Origin: Haliotis cracherodii
Taxonomy: Eukaryota
DNA length: 64,000 nt
Direction of reading: 5' to 3'
Assembly: GCF_022045235.1 (NCBI RefSeq)
Contig: NW_027266265.1
Span: forward strand, 36,704,001 to 36,768,000
The translations under genes were made by a program, and so were the position numbers. Within the stretch, counting starts at the first letter, position 1; every line of letters begins with the position of its first letter. Shown one piece after another: positions 10,076 through 23,894 of the stretch. Under the pieces are notes generated by a model that saw only the letters and a program-made list of their open reading frames with translations, was not told the DNA's origin and searched no databases.

Positions 10076-10683
10076 ATGATGAAGATAGTCGCCGCTCTTG
10101 TTGCCTGCCTGGCTGTTACCGCCTTTGCCGAGCCTACCGGTCTGTATGGTGGAATTGGCGGGTTGAAAGGAGGACTGGGCGGAATTGGCTACGGAATGGG
10201 TGGATTGTACGGAGGCCTTGGAGGTCTTGGAGGCTATGGAGGTCTGTACGGAGGCATGGGAGGTCTATACGGAGGCATGGGAGGTCTATACGGAGGCATG
10301 GGAGGTCTATACGGAGGCAAATACGGATACGGCATGGGAGGTCTGTACGGAGGACTTGGAGGCTATGGTGGTCTCTACGGAATGGGAGGATACGGAATTG
10401 GATTGGGAAAAGGTATTTCACAAAATATGATATCGTTTGTTTATCGTATCCGTAAATATACCTCCAGTCTCGTTTGCAAAATTGTATAATTTACCTATGT
10501 GGTATTACTATTTTCCGCGACAAAGCTGATGACATTTACAAAACATCTTTAAAACTATTCTCTGCTTTCTCTAATATTTGGTATAATTTATCATGCAGCT
10601 AGTTTCAAGACTTCGTTGTGACTTATCCATACATCCCAACTTTATTCTACTATTTTTTTGTTTCAGGTATCGGCTATTATTGA
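10076..10683 (+). CDS. Secreted Gly/Tyr-rich GGLY-repeat protein, copy 2 (two coding exons)
   Basis: Same exon/intron structure as copy 1; intact frame and splice sites; TGA at 10681-10683. Confidence 0.88.
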
Positions 10684-13600
10684 GTTATTATCACCTGCAG
10701 TGTGATGCTGGCTATTTATGTATTTTCTCAAACCAATGGAATTGGTTCAATAAAATCTTGTCATATTTATTTACGCCTTGAAATTTGTTTGAAAATCTTA
10801 ATCTGAATTGAATGTTCACAATGGAAGAGTGATCTATGTTTCTCCATATTGTAAACTGTGGACATAGTACGTGTTGTCGACCAATATCCAAGCACACTTC
10901 AATGATATTGCGTTTTACTGCTAGCTGAGATATCAACTACTGAAATGTGCTATTAAGTTCCTGAGGAAACCGGACATGATGATAAGAGGAGGGATTTTAT
11001 GCTTGATATATCTCCCACAAAATGTCACTTACCCGAGTTCATGTTTCACGGAATATATGATTTGGGCTGCCAGAAAAGGGTTTGATAGCCATTTAAGTAC
11101 CATAATATCTTGAATTGGCTGTCTGTATTTCAATTTGCATTTTAAAAACATGCAGCGAAACAAATAAGCAGGCGTGTCAATTTTTGTCAAAGCAGTCATT
11201 GACGATATCAAGGGGTAGACAGTGTGCACTGTATTGAAATGCAAATGTGTGCGCTGTCCTTGAAAATGAGCGATAGTTGTATTCAGAATACAATCTACAT
11301 GTTGTTATGGCTCTTTGTATAAGTAATATCTGAGCTGCTGCAATAAAACAAACCCGAAAGCCATAGTGATGTAGAGCATCAAAACAAATGTTGCAAGATT
11401 CTTACTGCTTGGTTAGAAGGGAATGCAAACAGTTGGAATTTCCATATTGATTAAATCAGACCGCGAATTTGAAGATTCCGAACTGGATTGGTAGGATTGA
11501 AGATTACAATGAACAAACAAAAAGCTAATATATCCCTATTGTTTGACTACAAAGCAAAAGTGACAATCATTTATCAATACAAAGGAGATTGCATTTGGTA
11601 ACTGTAGAGAGTGAAATTCAGCGGAATAAATAGTCCAACTTTAAAGCGTGTCATAAGTCTTTATAACAACAACCAGACTGTAAAAACAAGTCGTTTGATC
11701 ATGTCTATCTTTGAAAACACCTTTGTGTTATACTTTAAGAGCATTTTCTTCTGAAAACACACGTCTTTACTTTTAGATGTACGGTTTTTCTGGGCAACCC
11801 TTATATAGTTACACATTGTCAAACTGATTTGCGCGTGTTTTATTCTTGGTAAGAGTTTTGGTCTAAACACGCCTTAAAAGAACACAATAATCACTATCAC
11901 TACTGCTTCATCATGTCAAGGGCATACGTAAAGGGTAGAGACGATTTATATACTTTCTTCTAATGTTTACGACCTAATACATTTTAGCACAATCTTGCCT
12001 TTTACACCCAATGAAATCTGTTTCAGCAGATAATCGAGCCTGAATATTCTCTGGCGTTGACGATTTATGTAGTTAAAGGGTCATCACTGAATGATTATTA
12101 TATCAATATTCAGGCGTTATCTATAGAAATTGAGATATCAAATTTAGTGATGCTCGTATTATCACAAATTCCTTGATAATGAAGCGTACAATTATCAAGA
12201 TAATATGTTGAAGATAAGAGAGTTTTCTCAAGAAACGCAGTTGCAAATAAACGCCACAAAACCCTTTTCAGAATCATTCGAAAGCTGTGCTCGAAGCAGC
12301 AGAGGCCATTGTACGATTCCGACTATAATGATCACAAGCATGTGCGTATGAATGACTATCAGATAGTGGAGTAGAATAGGTCTTCAGCAACCCATGCTTG
12401 CCGTAAAAGGTGGATATATATGCTTGTCGTAAAAGGCGTCTAACGGGATCGGGTGGTCAGGCTCGCTGACTTGGTTGATGCATGTCATCGATCCCAATTG
12501 CGTGGATCGATGCTAATGATTTTAATCACTGGATTGTCTGGTCCAGACTCGATTATTTACAGACCGCCGTCATATAGCTGGAATATTGTTGAGTGCGGCG
12601 TTAAACAACCAACCAACCATCTAACCAACCAGATAGTGATGATACCTGGCGGTTGCCAAAAAGTAAGCGTATCCTTCCTCATCGGTTCCACCGTCACAAA
12701 CACATATAAAGACTAGTCAACAAAGACCACAAAACAAGCTGTTGTTCATATGTCAATCATGTTTTCAGAAGACATTGGTGTACTTTCGGCTTTTAACAGA
12801 TACTACACGCATAAAAAGATGTTGTGAGTTTTCATAGTGACAGTCCCTTTGTGAGAAGAAACCAATATATGTCCCTTTCAGTTAGGAAATAAAGCTGTTG
12901 TAGTTTATAGTTAATGTGCAGTAAGATAAATAAAATTCGGGGAGAATAATGTAGTATCTGGGGACTTCTGCAGTATATTCAGCAGAGGCTATTTTCTTGT
13001 GAGCAGGCTGCTGTATTACACGGAAACGGTTAGCATAGTTGACCCCGTGTGGTACAGTGCTACTGCAGTACTGTGGCGAGGCTGTACTGGTGTGTTGCGT
13101 CAGTTTTCTGGTCTCTTGTTATGTCGTATCACACAGATGCATTATAATGTCTGATGTATGTTGCTCCCACATCATATATTTACTGGATACACACTTTTCA
13201 GACCATTATCGAATATTTACTTAATATAGGTTAAAGTGAGTGAGTGAGTATGGTTTTACGCTGCTTTTAGCAATATTCCAGCAATATCACGGCGGGGGAC
13301 ATCAGCAATGGGCTTCACACATTGTACCCATGTCGGAAATCGAACCCGTGTCTTCGGCGTAACGAGCGAACGCTTTAACCACTAGGCTACCCGACCGCCC
13401 CTAAATAATATAGGTTAAACGTTGAGTATCGAGGACTGTTTGAAATGCAATTAGACGATTCCAGAGAGAGTGTCTCTGTTTGCCACCTTTATATACGTTG
13501 TCTTGTACTTCCTTAATCGATGTTCATGAATACCAGCTCGCATGTGTACCCGTAGGGTGATAACCTCGGGCCCTTTGATGCGAAAAGAATGCTTACTTTA

Positions 13601-14054
13601 CACCATTAAGCTGAGGTGCGTTACTTACCTGGAAGTGGCCAGCCCAAGGTAAATCAATCACGTATAATTCACAAATGGTATATATAAAGGACGGGGGAAA
13701 CTGTTCCATCATCTCTTATCTTCACCTTCCGTTGAGACACAGATACGAGTAAAGACCAAACTGCAAGTACTATTTTAAGCTTTGCTTGTGATATATATGT
13801 ATACTTTTAATTTTTGATTCATCTGCTGCGCATCTGGCTGTTTTTAACCTTCATGTTGAGCCAATTTATAAAAGTACGAATATGTAACATAAAACGTTCT
13901 TGTAAATTGGGAAATATATGAATGCGGGTGAAATTAAAACTGATAACATAATTCACAATGAGTGGTGTGAACTGAATTTACCAGATGAGTAACGATAACA
14001 TGCTATTTTACCTTTCTTGACAATGATTTTCACGTTACTCAATAGATACTCAAA

Positions 14055-14662
14055 ATGATGAAGATAGTCGCCGCTCTTGTTGCCTGCCTGGCTGTTACCG
14101 CCTTTGCCGAGCCTACCGGTCTGTATGGTGGAATTGGCGGGTTGAAAGGAGGACTGGGCGGAATTGGCTACGGAATGGGTGGATTGTACGGAGGCCTTGG
14201 AGGTCTTGGAGGCTATGGAGGTCTGTACGGAGGCATGGGAGGTCTATACGGAGGCATGGGAGGTCTATACGGAGGCATGGGAGGTCTATACGGAGGCAAA
14301 TACGGATACGGCATGGGAGGTCTGTACGGAGGACTTGGAGGCTATGGTGGTCTCTACGGAATGGGAGGATACGGAATTGGATTGGGAAAAGGTATTTCAC
14401 AAAATATGATATCGTTTGTTTATCGTATCCGTAAATATACCTCCAGTCTCGTTTGCAAAATTGTATAATTTACCTATGTGGTATTACTATTTTCCGCGAC
14501 AAAGCTGATGACATTTACAAAACATCTTTAAAACTATTCTCTGCTTTCTCTAATATTTGGTATAATTTATCATGCAGCTAGTTTCAAGACTTCGTTGTGA
14601 CTTATCCATACATCCCAACTTTATTCTACTATTTTTTTGTTTCAGGTATCGGCTATTATTGA
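14055..14662 (+). CDS. Secreted Gly/Tyr-rich GGLY-repeat protein, copy 3
   Basis: Same structure as copy 2; intact frame and splice sites. Confidence 0.88.
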
Positions 14663-17600
14663 GTTATTATCACCTGCAGTGTGATGCTGGCTATTTATGT
14701 ATTTTCTCAAACCAATGGAATTGGTTCAATAAAATCTTGTCATATTTATTTACGCCTTGAAATTTGTTTGAAAATCTTAATCTGAATTGAATGTTCACAA
14801 TGGAAGAGTGATCTATGTTTCTCCATATTGTAAACTGTGGACATAGTACGTGTTGTCGACCAATATCCAAGCACACTTCAATGATATTGCGTTTTACTGC
14901 TAGCTGAGATATCAACTACTGAAATGTGCTATTAAGTTCCTGAGGAAACCGGACATGATGATAAGAGGAGGGATTTTATGCTTGATATATCTCCCACAAA
15001 ATGTCACTTACCCGAGTTCATGTTTCACGGAATATATGATTTGGGCTGCCAGAAAAGGGTTTGATAGCCATTTAAGTACCATAATATCTTGAATTGGCTG
15101 TCTGTATTTCAATTTGCATTTTAAAAACATGCAGCGAAACAAATAAGCAGGCGTGTCAATTTTTGTCAAAGCAGTCATTGACGATATCAAGGGGTAGACA
15201 GTGTGCACTGTATTGAAATGCAAATGTGTGCGCTGTCCTTGAAAATGAGCGATAGTTGGATTCAGAATACAATCTACATGTTGTTATGGCTCTTTGTATA
15301 AGTAATATCTGAGCTGCTGCAATAAAACAAACCCGAAAGCCATAGTGATGTAGAGCATCAAAACAAATGTTGCAAGATTCTTACTGCTTGGTTAGAAGGG
15401 AATGCAAACAGTTGGAATTTCCATATTGATTAAATCAGACCGCGAATTTGAAGATTCCGAACTGGATTGGTAGGATTGAAGATTACAATGAACAAACAAA
15501 AAGCTAATATATCCCTATTGTTTGACTACAAAGCAAAAGTGACAATCATTTATCAATACAAAGGAGATTGCATTTGGTAACTGTAGAGAGTGAAATTCAG
15601 CGGAATAAATAGTCCAACTTTAAAGCGTGTCATAAGTCTTTATAACAACAACCAGACTGTAAAAACAAGTCGTTTGATCATGTCTATCTTTGAAAACACC
15701 TTTGTGTTATACTTTAAGAGCATTTTCTTCTGAAAACACACGTCTTTACTTTTAGATGTACGGTTTTTCTGGGCAACCCTTATATAGTTACACATTGTCA
15801 AACTGATTTGCGCGTGTTTTATTCTTGGTAAGAGTTTTGGTCTAAACACGCCTTAAAAGAACACAATAATCACTATCACTACTGCTTCATCATGTCAAGG
15901 GCATACGTAAAGGGTAGAGACGATTTATATACTTTCTTCTAATGTTTACGACCTAATACATTTTAGCACAATCTTGCCTTTTACACCCAATGAAATCTGT
16001 TTCAGCAGATAATCGAGCCTGAATATTCTCTGGCGTTGACGATTTATGTAGTTAAAGGGTCATCACTGAATGATTATTATATCAATATTCAGGCGTTATC
16101 TATAGAAATTGAGATATCAAATTTAGTGATGCTCGTATTATCACAAATTCCTTGATAATGAAGCGTACAATTATCAAGATAATATGTTGAAGATAAGAGA
16201 GTTTTCTCAAGAAACGCAGTTGCAAATAAACGCCACAAAACCCTTTTCAGAATCATTCGAAAGCTGTGCTCGAAGCAGCAGAGGCCATTGTACGATTCCG
16301 ACTATAATGATCACAAGCATGTGCGTATGAATGACTATCAGATAGTGGAGTAGAATAGGTCTTCAGCAACCCATGCTTGCCGTAAAAGGTGGATGTATAT
16401 GCTTGTCGTAAAAGGCGTCTAACGGGATCGGGTGGTCAGGCTCGCTGACTTGGTTGATGCATGTCATCGATCCCAATTGCGTGGATCGATGCTAATGATT
16501 TTAATCACTGGATTGTCTGGTCCAGACTCGATTATTTACAGACCGCCGTCATATAGCTGGAATATTGTTGAGTGCGGCGTTAAACAACCAACCAACCAAC
16601 TAACCAACCAGATAGTGATGATACCTGGCGGTTGCCAAAAAGTAAGCGTATCCTTCCTCATCGGTTCCACCGTCACCAACACATATAAAGACTAGTCAAC
16701 AAAGACCACAAAACAAGCTGTTGTTCATATGTCAATCATGTTTTCAGAAGACATTGGTGTACTTTCGGCTTTTAACAGATACTACACGCATAAAAAGATG
16801 TTGTGAGTTTTCATAGTGACAGTCCCTTTGTGAGAAGAAACCAATATATGTCCCTTTCAGTTAGGAAATAAAGCTGTTGTAGTTTATAGTTAATGTGCAG
16901 TAAGATAAATAAAATTCGGGGAGAATAATGTAGTATCTGGGGACTTCTGCAGTATATTCAGCAGAAGCTATTTTCTTGTGAGCAGGCTGCTGTATTACAC
17001 GGAAACGGTTAGCATAGTTGACCCCGTGTGGTACAGTGCTACTGCTGTACTGTGGCGAGGCTGTACTGGTGTGTTGCGTCAGTTTTCTGGTCTCTTGTTA
17101 TGTCGTATCACACAGATGCATTATAATGTCTGATGTATGTTGCTCCCACATCATATATTTACTGGATACACACTTTTCAGACCATTATCGAATATTTACT
17201 TAATAAAGGTTAAAGTGAGTGAGTGAGTATGGTTTTACGCCGCTTTTAGCAATATTACGTCGGGGGACATCAGCAATGGGCTTCACACATTGTACCCATG
17301 TCGGAAATCGAACCCGTGTCTTCGGCGTAACGAGCGAACGCTTTAACCACTAGGCTACCCGACCGCCCCTAAATGATATAGGTTAAACGTTGAGTATCGA
17401 GGACTGTTTGAAATGCAGTTAGACGATTCCAGAGAGAGTGTCTCTGTTTGCCACCTTTATATACGTTGTCTTGTACTTCCTTAATCGATGTTCATGAATA
17501 CCAGCTCGCATGTGTACCCGTAGGGTGATAACCTCGGGCCCTTTGATGCGAAAAGAATGCTTACTTTACACCATTAAGCTGAGGTGCGTTACTTACCTGG

Positions 17601-18022
17601 AAGTGGCCAGCCCAAGGTAAATCAATCACGTATAATTCACAAATGGTATATATAAAGGACGGGGGAAACTGTTCCATCATCTCTTATCTTCGCCTTCCGT
17701 TGAGACACAGATACGAGTAAAGACCAAACTGCAAGTACTATTTTAAGCTTTGCTTGTGATATATATGTATACTTTTAATTTTTGATTCATCTGCTGCGCA
17801 TCTGGCTGTTTTTAACCTTCATGTTGAGCCAATTTATAAAAGTACGAATATGTAACATAAAACGTTCTTGTAAATTGGGAAATATATGAATGCGGGTGAA
17901 ATTAAAACTGATAACATAATTCACAATGAGTGGTGTGAACTGAATTTACCAGATGAGTAACGATAACATGCTATTTTACCTTTCTTGACAATGATTTTCA
18001 CGTTACTCAATAGATACTCAAA

Positions 18023-18630
18023 ATGATGAAGATAGTCGCCGCTCTTGTTGCCTGCCTGGCTGTTACCGCCTTTGCCGAGCCTACCGGTCTGTATGGTGGA
18101 ATTGGCGGGTTGAAAGGAGGACTGGGCGGAATTGGCTACGGAATGGGTGGATTGTACGGAGGCCTTGGAGGTCTTGGAGGCTATGGAGGTCTGTACGGAG
18201 GCATGGGAGGTCTATACGGAGGCATGGGAGGTCTATACGGAGGCATGGGAGGTCTATACGGAGGCAAATACGGATACGGCATGGGAGGTCTGTACGGAGG
18301 ACTTGGAGGCTATGGTGGTCTCTACGGAATGGGAGGATACGGAATTGGATTGGGAAAAGGTATTTCACAAAATATGATATCGTTTGTTTATCGTATCCGT
18401 AAATATACCTCCAGTCTCGTTTGCAAAATTGTATAATTTACCTATGTGGTATTACTATTTTCCGCGACAAAGCTGATGACATTTACAAAACATCTTTAAA
18501 ACTATTCTCTGCTTTCTCTAATATTTGGTATAATTTATCATGCAGCTAGTTTCAAGACTTCGTTGTGACTTATCCATACATCCCAACTTTATTCTACTAT
18601 TTTTTTGTTTCAGGTATCGGCTATTATTGA
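18023..18630 (+). CDS. Secreted Gly/Tyr-rich GGLY-repeat protein, copy 4
   Basis: Same structure as copy 2; intact frame and splice sites. Confidence 0.88.
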
Positions 18631-21600
18631 GTTATTATCACCTGCAGTGTGATGCTGGCTATTTATGTATTTTCTCAAACCAATGGAATTGGTTCAATAA
18701 AATCTTGTCATATTTATTTACGCCTTGAAATTTGTTTGAAAATCTTAATCTGAATTGAATGTTCACAATGGAAGAGTGATCTATGTTTCTCCATATTGTA
18801 AACTGTGGACATAGTACGTGTTGTCGACCAATATCCAAGCACACTTCAATGATATTGCGTTTTACTGCTAGCTGAGATATCAACTACTGAAATGTGCTAT
18901 TAAGTTCCTGAGGAAACCGGACATAATGATAAGAGGAGGGATTTTATGCTTGATATATCTCCCACAAAATGTCACTTACCCGAGTTCATGTTTCACGGAA
19001 TATATGATTTGGGCTGCCAGAAAAGGGTTTGATAGCCATTTAAGTACCATAATATCTTGAATTGGCTGTCTGTATTTCAATTTGCATTTTAAAAACATGC
19101 AGCGAAACAAATAAGCAGGCGTGTCAATTTTTGTCAAAGCAGTCATTGACGATATCAAGGGGTAGACAGTGTGCACTGTATTGAAATGCAAATGTGTGCG
19201 CTGTCCTTGAAAATGAGCGATAGTTGTATTCAGAATACAATCTACATGTTGTTATGGCTCTTTGTATAAGTAATATCTGAGCTGCTGCAATAAAACAAAC
19301 CCGAAAGCCATAGTGATGTAGAGCATCAAAACAAATGTTGCAAGATTCTTACTGCTTGGTTAGAAGGGAATGCAAACAGTTGGAATTTCCATGACAATAA
19401 CATATCTTTACAGTTTATCAATTACACAAACAAAACGATTGAATTCAAAAGTAACTATTAAATACGCTTGTCCGGGTATAGCTTATCAACCTACGAATTA
19501 TTTGTAATTTCCATCAAACATGTACTTCTTGATTTGATGATGCAATTTAACATTTTGCATACTGCTTATGTAATTAATAGGAGAAGTATCTATATAGATA
19601 TTTAGTTGTGTGTTTACTAACCACCTTCCCTGTAGGTGCTATTTGAAAAATACATATTGATTAAATCAGACCGCGAATTTGAAGATTCCGAACTGGATTG
19701 GTAGGATTGAAGATTACAATGAACAAACAAATAGCTAATATATCCCTATTGTTTGACTACAAAGCAAAAGTGACAATCATTTATCAATACAAAGGAGATT
19801 GCATTTGGTAACTGTAGAGAGTGAAATTCAGCGGAATAAATAGTCCAACTTTAAAGCGTGTCATAAGTCTTTATAACAACAACCAGACTGTAAAAACAAG
19901 TCGTTTGATCATGTCTATCTTTGAAAACACCTTTGTGTTATACTTTAAGAGCATTTTCTTCTGAAAACACACGTCTTTACTTTTAGATGTACGGTTTTTC
20001 TGGGCAACCCTTATATAGTTACACATTGTCAAACTGATTTGCGCGTGTTTTATTCTTGGTAAGAGTTTTGGTCTAAACACGCCTTAAAAGAACACAATAA
20101 TCACTATCACTACTGCTTCATCATGTCAAGGGCATACGTAAAGGGTAGAGATGATTTATATACTTTCTTCTAATGTTTACGACCTAATACATTTTAGCAC
20201 AATCTTGCCTTTTACACCCAATGAAATCTGTTTCAGCAGATAATCGAGCCTGAATATTCTCTGGCGTTGACGATTTATGTAGTTAAAGGGTCATCACTGA
20301 ATGATTATTATATCAATATTCAGGCGTTATCTATAGAAATTGAGATATCAAATTTAGTGATGCTCGTATTATCACAAATTCCTTGATAATGAAGCGTACA
20401 ATTATCAAGATAATATGTTGAAGATAAGAGAGTTTTCTCAAGAAACGCAGTTGCAAATAAACGCCACAAAACCCTTTTCAGAATCATTCGAAAGCTGTGC
20501 TCGAAGCAGCAGAGGCCATTGTACGATTCCGACTATAATGATCACAAGCATGTGCGTATGAATGACTATCAGATAGTGGAGTAGAATAGGTCTTCAGCAA
20601 CCCATGCTTGCCGTAAAAGGTGGATGTATATGCTTGTCGTAAAAGGCGTCTAACGGGATCGGGTGGTCAGGCTCGCTGACTTGGTTGATGCATGTCATCG
20701 ATCCCAATTGCGTGGATCGATGCTAATGATTTTAATCACTGGATTGTCTGGTCCAGACTCGATTATTTACAGACCGCCGTCATATAGCTGGAATATTGTT
20801 GAGTGCGGCGTTAAACAACCAACCAACCATCTAACCAACCAGATAGTGATGATACCTGGCGGTTGCCAAAAAGTAAGCGTATCCTTCCTCATCGGTTCCA
20901 CCGTCACAAACACATATAAAGACTAGTCAACAAAGACCACAAAACAAGCTGTTGTTCATATGTCAATCATGTTTTCAGAAGACATTGGTGTACTTTCGGC
21001 TTTTAACAGATACTACACGCATAAAAAGATGTTGTGAGTTTTCATAGTGACAGTCCCTTTGTGAGAAGAAACCAATATATGTCCCTTTCAGTTAGGAAAT
21101 AAAGCTGTTGTAGTTTATAGTTAATGTGCAGTAAGATAAATAAAATTCGGGGAGAATAATGTAGTATCTGGGGACTTCTGCAGTATATTCAGCAGAAGCT
21201 ATTTTCTTGTGAGCAGGCTGCTGTATTACACGGAAACGGTTAGCATAGTTGACCCCGTGTGGTACAGTGCTACTGCTGTACTGTGGCGAGGCTGTACTGG
21301 TGTGTTGCGTCAGTTTTCTGGTCTCTTGTTATGTCGTATCACACAGATGCATTATAATGTCTGATGTATGTTGCTCCCACATCATATATTTACTGGATAC
21401 ACACTTTTCAGACCATTATCGAATATTTACTTAATAAAGGTTAAAGTGAGTGAGTGAGTATGGTTTTACGCCGCTTTTAGCAATATTACGTCGGGGGACA
21501 TCAGCAATGGGCTTCACACATTGTACCCATGTCGGAAATCGAACCCGTGTCTTCGGCGTAACGAGCGAACGCTTTAACCACTAGGCTACCCGACCGCCCC

Positions 21601-22253
21601 TAAATAATATAGGTTAAACGTTGAGTATCGAGGACTGTTTGAAATGCAGTTAGACGATTCCAGAGAGAGTGTCTCTGTTTGCCACCTTTATATACGTTGT
21701 CTTGTACTTCCTTAATCGATGTTCATGAATACCAGCTCGCATGTGTACCCGTAGGGTGATAACCTCGGGCCCTTTGATGCGAAAAGAATGCTTACTTTAC
21801 ACCATTAAGCTGAGGTGCGTTACTTACCTGGAAGTGGCCAGCCCAAGGTAAATCAATCACGTATAATTCACAAATGGTATATATAAAGGACGGGGGAAAC
21901 TGTTCCATCATCTCTTATCTTCACCTTCCGTTGAGACACAGATACGAGTAAAGACCAAACTGCAAGTACTATTTTAAGCTTTGCTTGTGATATATATGTA
22001 TACTTTTAATTTTTGATTCATCTGCTGCGCATCTGGCTGTTTTTAACCTTCATGTTGAGCCAATTTATAAAAGTACGAATATGTAACATAAAACGTTCTT
22101 GTAAATTGGGAAATATATGAATGCGGGTGAAATTAAAACTGATAACATAATTCACAATGAGTGGTGTGAACTGAATTTACCAGATGAGTAACGATAACAT
22201 GCTATTTTACCTTTCTTGACAATGATTTTCACGTTACTCAATAGATACTCAAA

Positions 22254-22861
22254 ATGATGAAGATAGTCGCCGCTCTTGTTGCCTGCCTGGCTGTTACCGC
22301 CTTTGCCGAGCCTACCGGTCTGTATGGTGGAATTGGCGGGTTGAAAGGAGGACTGGGCGGAATTGGCTACGGAATGGGTGGATTGTACGGAGGCCTTGGA
22401 GGTCTTGGAGGCTATGGAGGTCTGTACGGAGGCATGGGAGGTCTATACGGAGGCATGGGAGGTCTATACGGAGGCATGGGAGGTCTATACGGAGGCAAAT
22501 ACGGATACGGCATGGGAGGTCTGTACGGAGGACTTGGAGGCTATGGTGGTCTCTACGGAATGGGAGGATACGGAATTGGATTGGGAAAAGGTATTTCACA
22601 AAATATGATATCGTTTGTTTATCGTATCCGTAAATATACCTCCAGTCTCGTTTGCAAAATTGTATAATTTACCTATGTGGTATTACTATTTTCCGCGACA
22701 AAGCTGATGACATTTACAAAACATCTTTAAAACTATTCTCTGCTTTCTCTAATATTTGGTATAATTTATCATGCAGCTAGTTTCAAGACTTCGTTGTGAC
22801 TTATCCATACATCCCAACTTTATTCTACTATTTTTTTGTTTCAGGTATCGGCTATTATTGA
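22254..22861 (+). CDS. Secreted Gly/Tyr-rich GGLY-repeat protein, copy 5
   Basis: Same structure as copy 2; intact frame and splice sites. Confidence 0.88.
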
Positions 22862-23894
22862 GTTATTATCACCTGCAGTGTGATGCTGGCTATTTATGTA
22901 TTTTCTCAAACCAATGGAATTGGTTCAATAAAATCTTGTCATATTTATTTACGCCTTGAAATTTGTTTGAAAATCTTAATCTGAATTGAATGTTCACAAT
23001 GGAAGAGTGATCTATGTTTCTCCATATTGTAAACTGTGGACATAGTACGTGTTGTCGACCAATATCCAAGCACACTTCAATGATATTGCGTTTTACTGCT
23101 AGCTGAGATATCAACTACTGAAATGTGCTATTAAGTTCCTGAGGAAACCGGACATAATGATAAGAGGAGGGATTTTATGCTTGATATATCTCCCACAAAA
23201 TGTCACTTACCCGAGTTCATGTTTCACGGAATATATGATTTGGGCTGCCAGAAAAGGGTTTGATAGCCATTTAAGTACCATAATATCTTGAATTGGCTGT
23301 CTGTATTTCAATTTGCATTTTAAAAACATGCAGCGAAACAAATAAGCAGGCGTGTCAATTTTTGTCAAAGCAGTCATTGACGATATCAAGGGGTAGACAG
23401 TGTGCACTGTATTGAAATGCAAATGTGTGCGCTGTCCTTGAAAATGAGCGATAGTTGTATTCAGAATACAATCTACATGTTGTTATGGCTCTTTGTATAA
23501 GTAATATCTGAGCTGCTGCAATAAAACAAACCCGAAAGCCATAGTGATGTAGAGCATCAAAACAAATGTTGCAAGATTCTTACTGCTTGGTTAGAAGGGA
23601 ATGCAAACAGTTGGAATTTCCATGACAATAACATATCTTTACAGTTTATCAATTACACAAACAAAACGATTGAATTCAAAAGTAACTATTAAATACGCTT
23701 GTCCGGGTATAGCTTATCAACCTACAAATTATTTGTAATTTCCATCAAACATGTACTTCTTGATTTGATGATGCAATTTAACATTTTGCATACTGCTTAT
23801 GTAATTAATAGGAGAAGTATCTATATAGATATTTAGTTGTGTGTTTACTAACCACCTTCCCTGTAGGTGCTATTTGAAAAATACATATTGATTA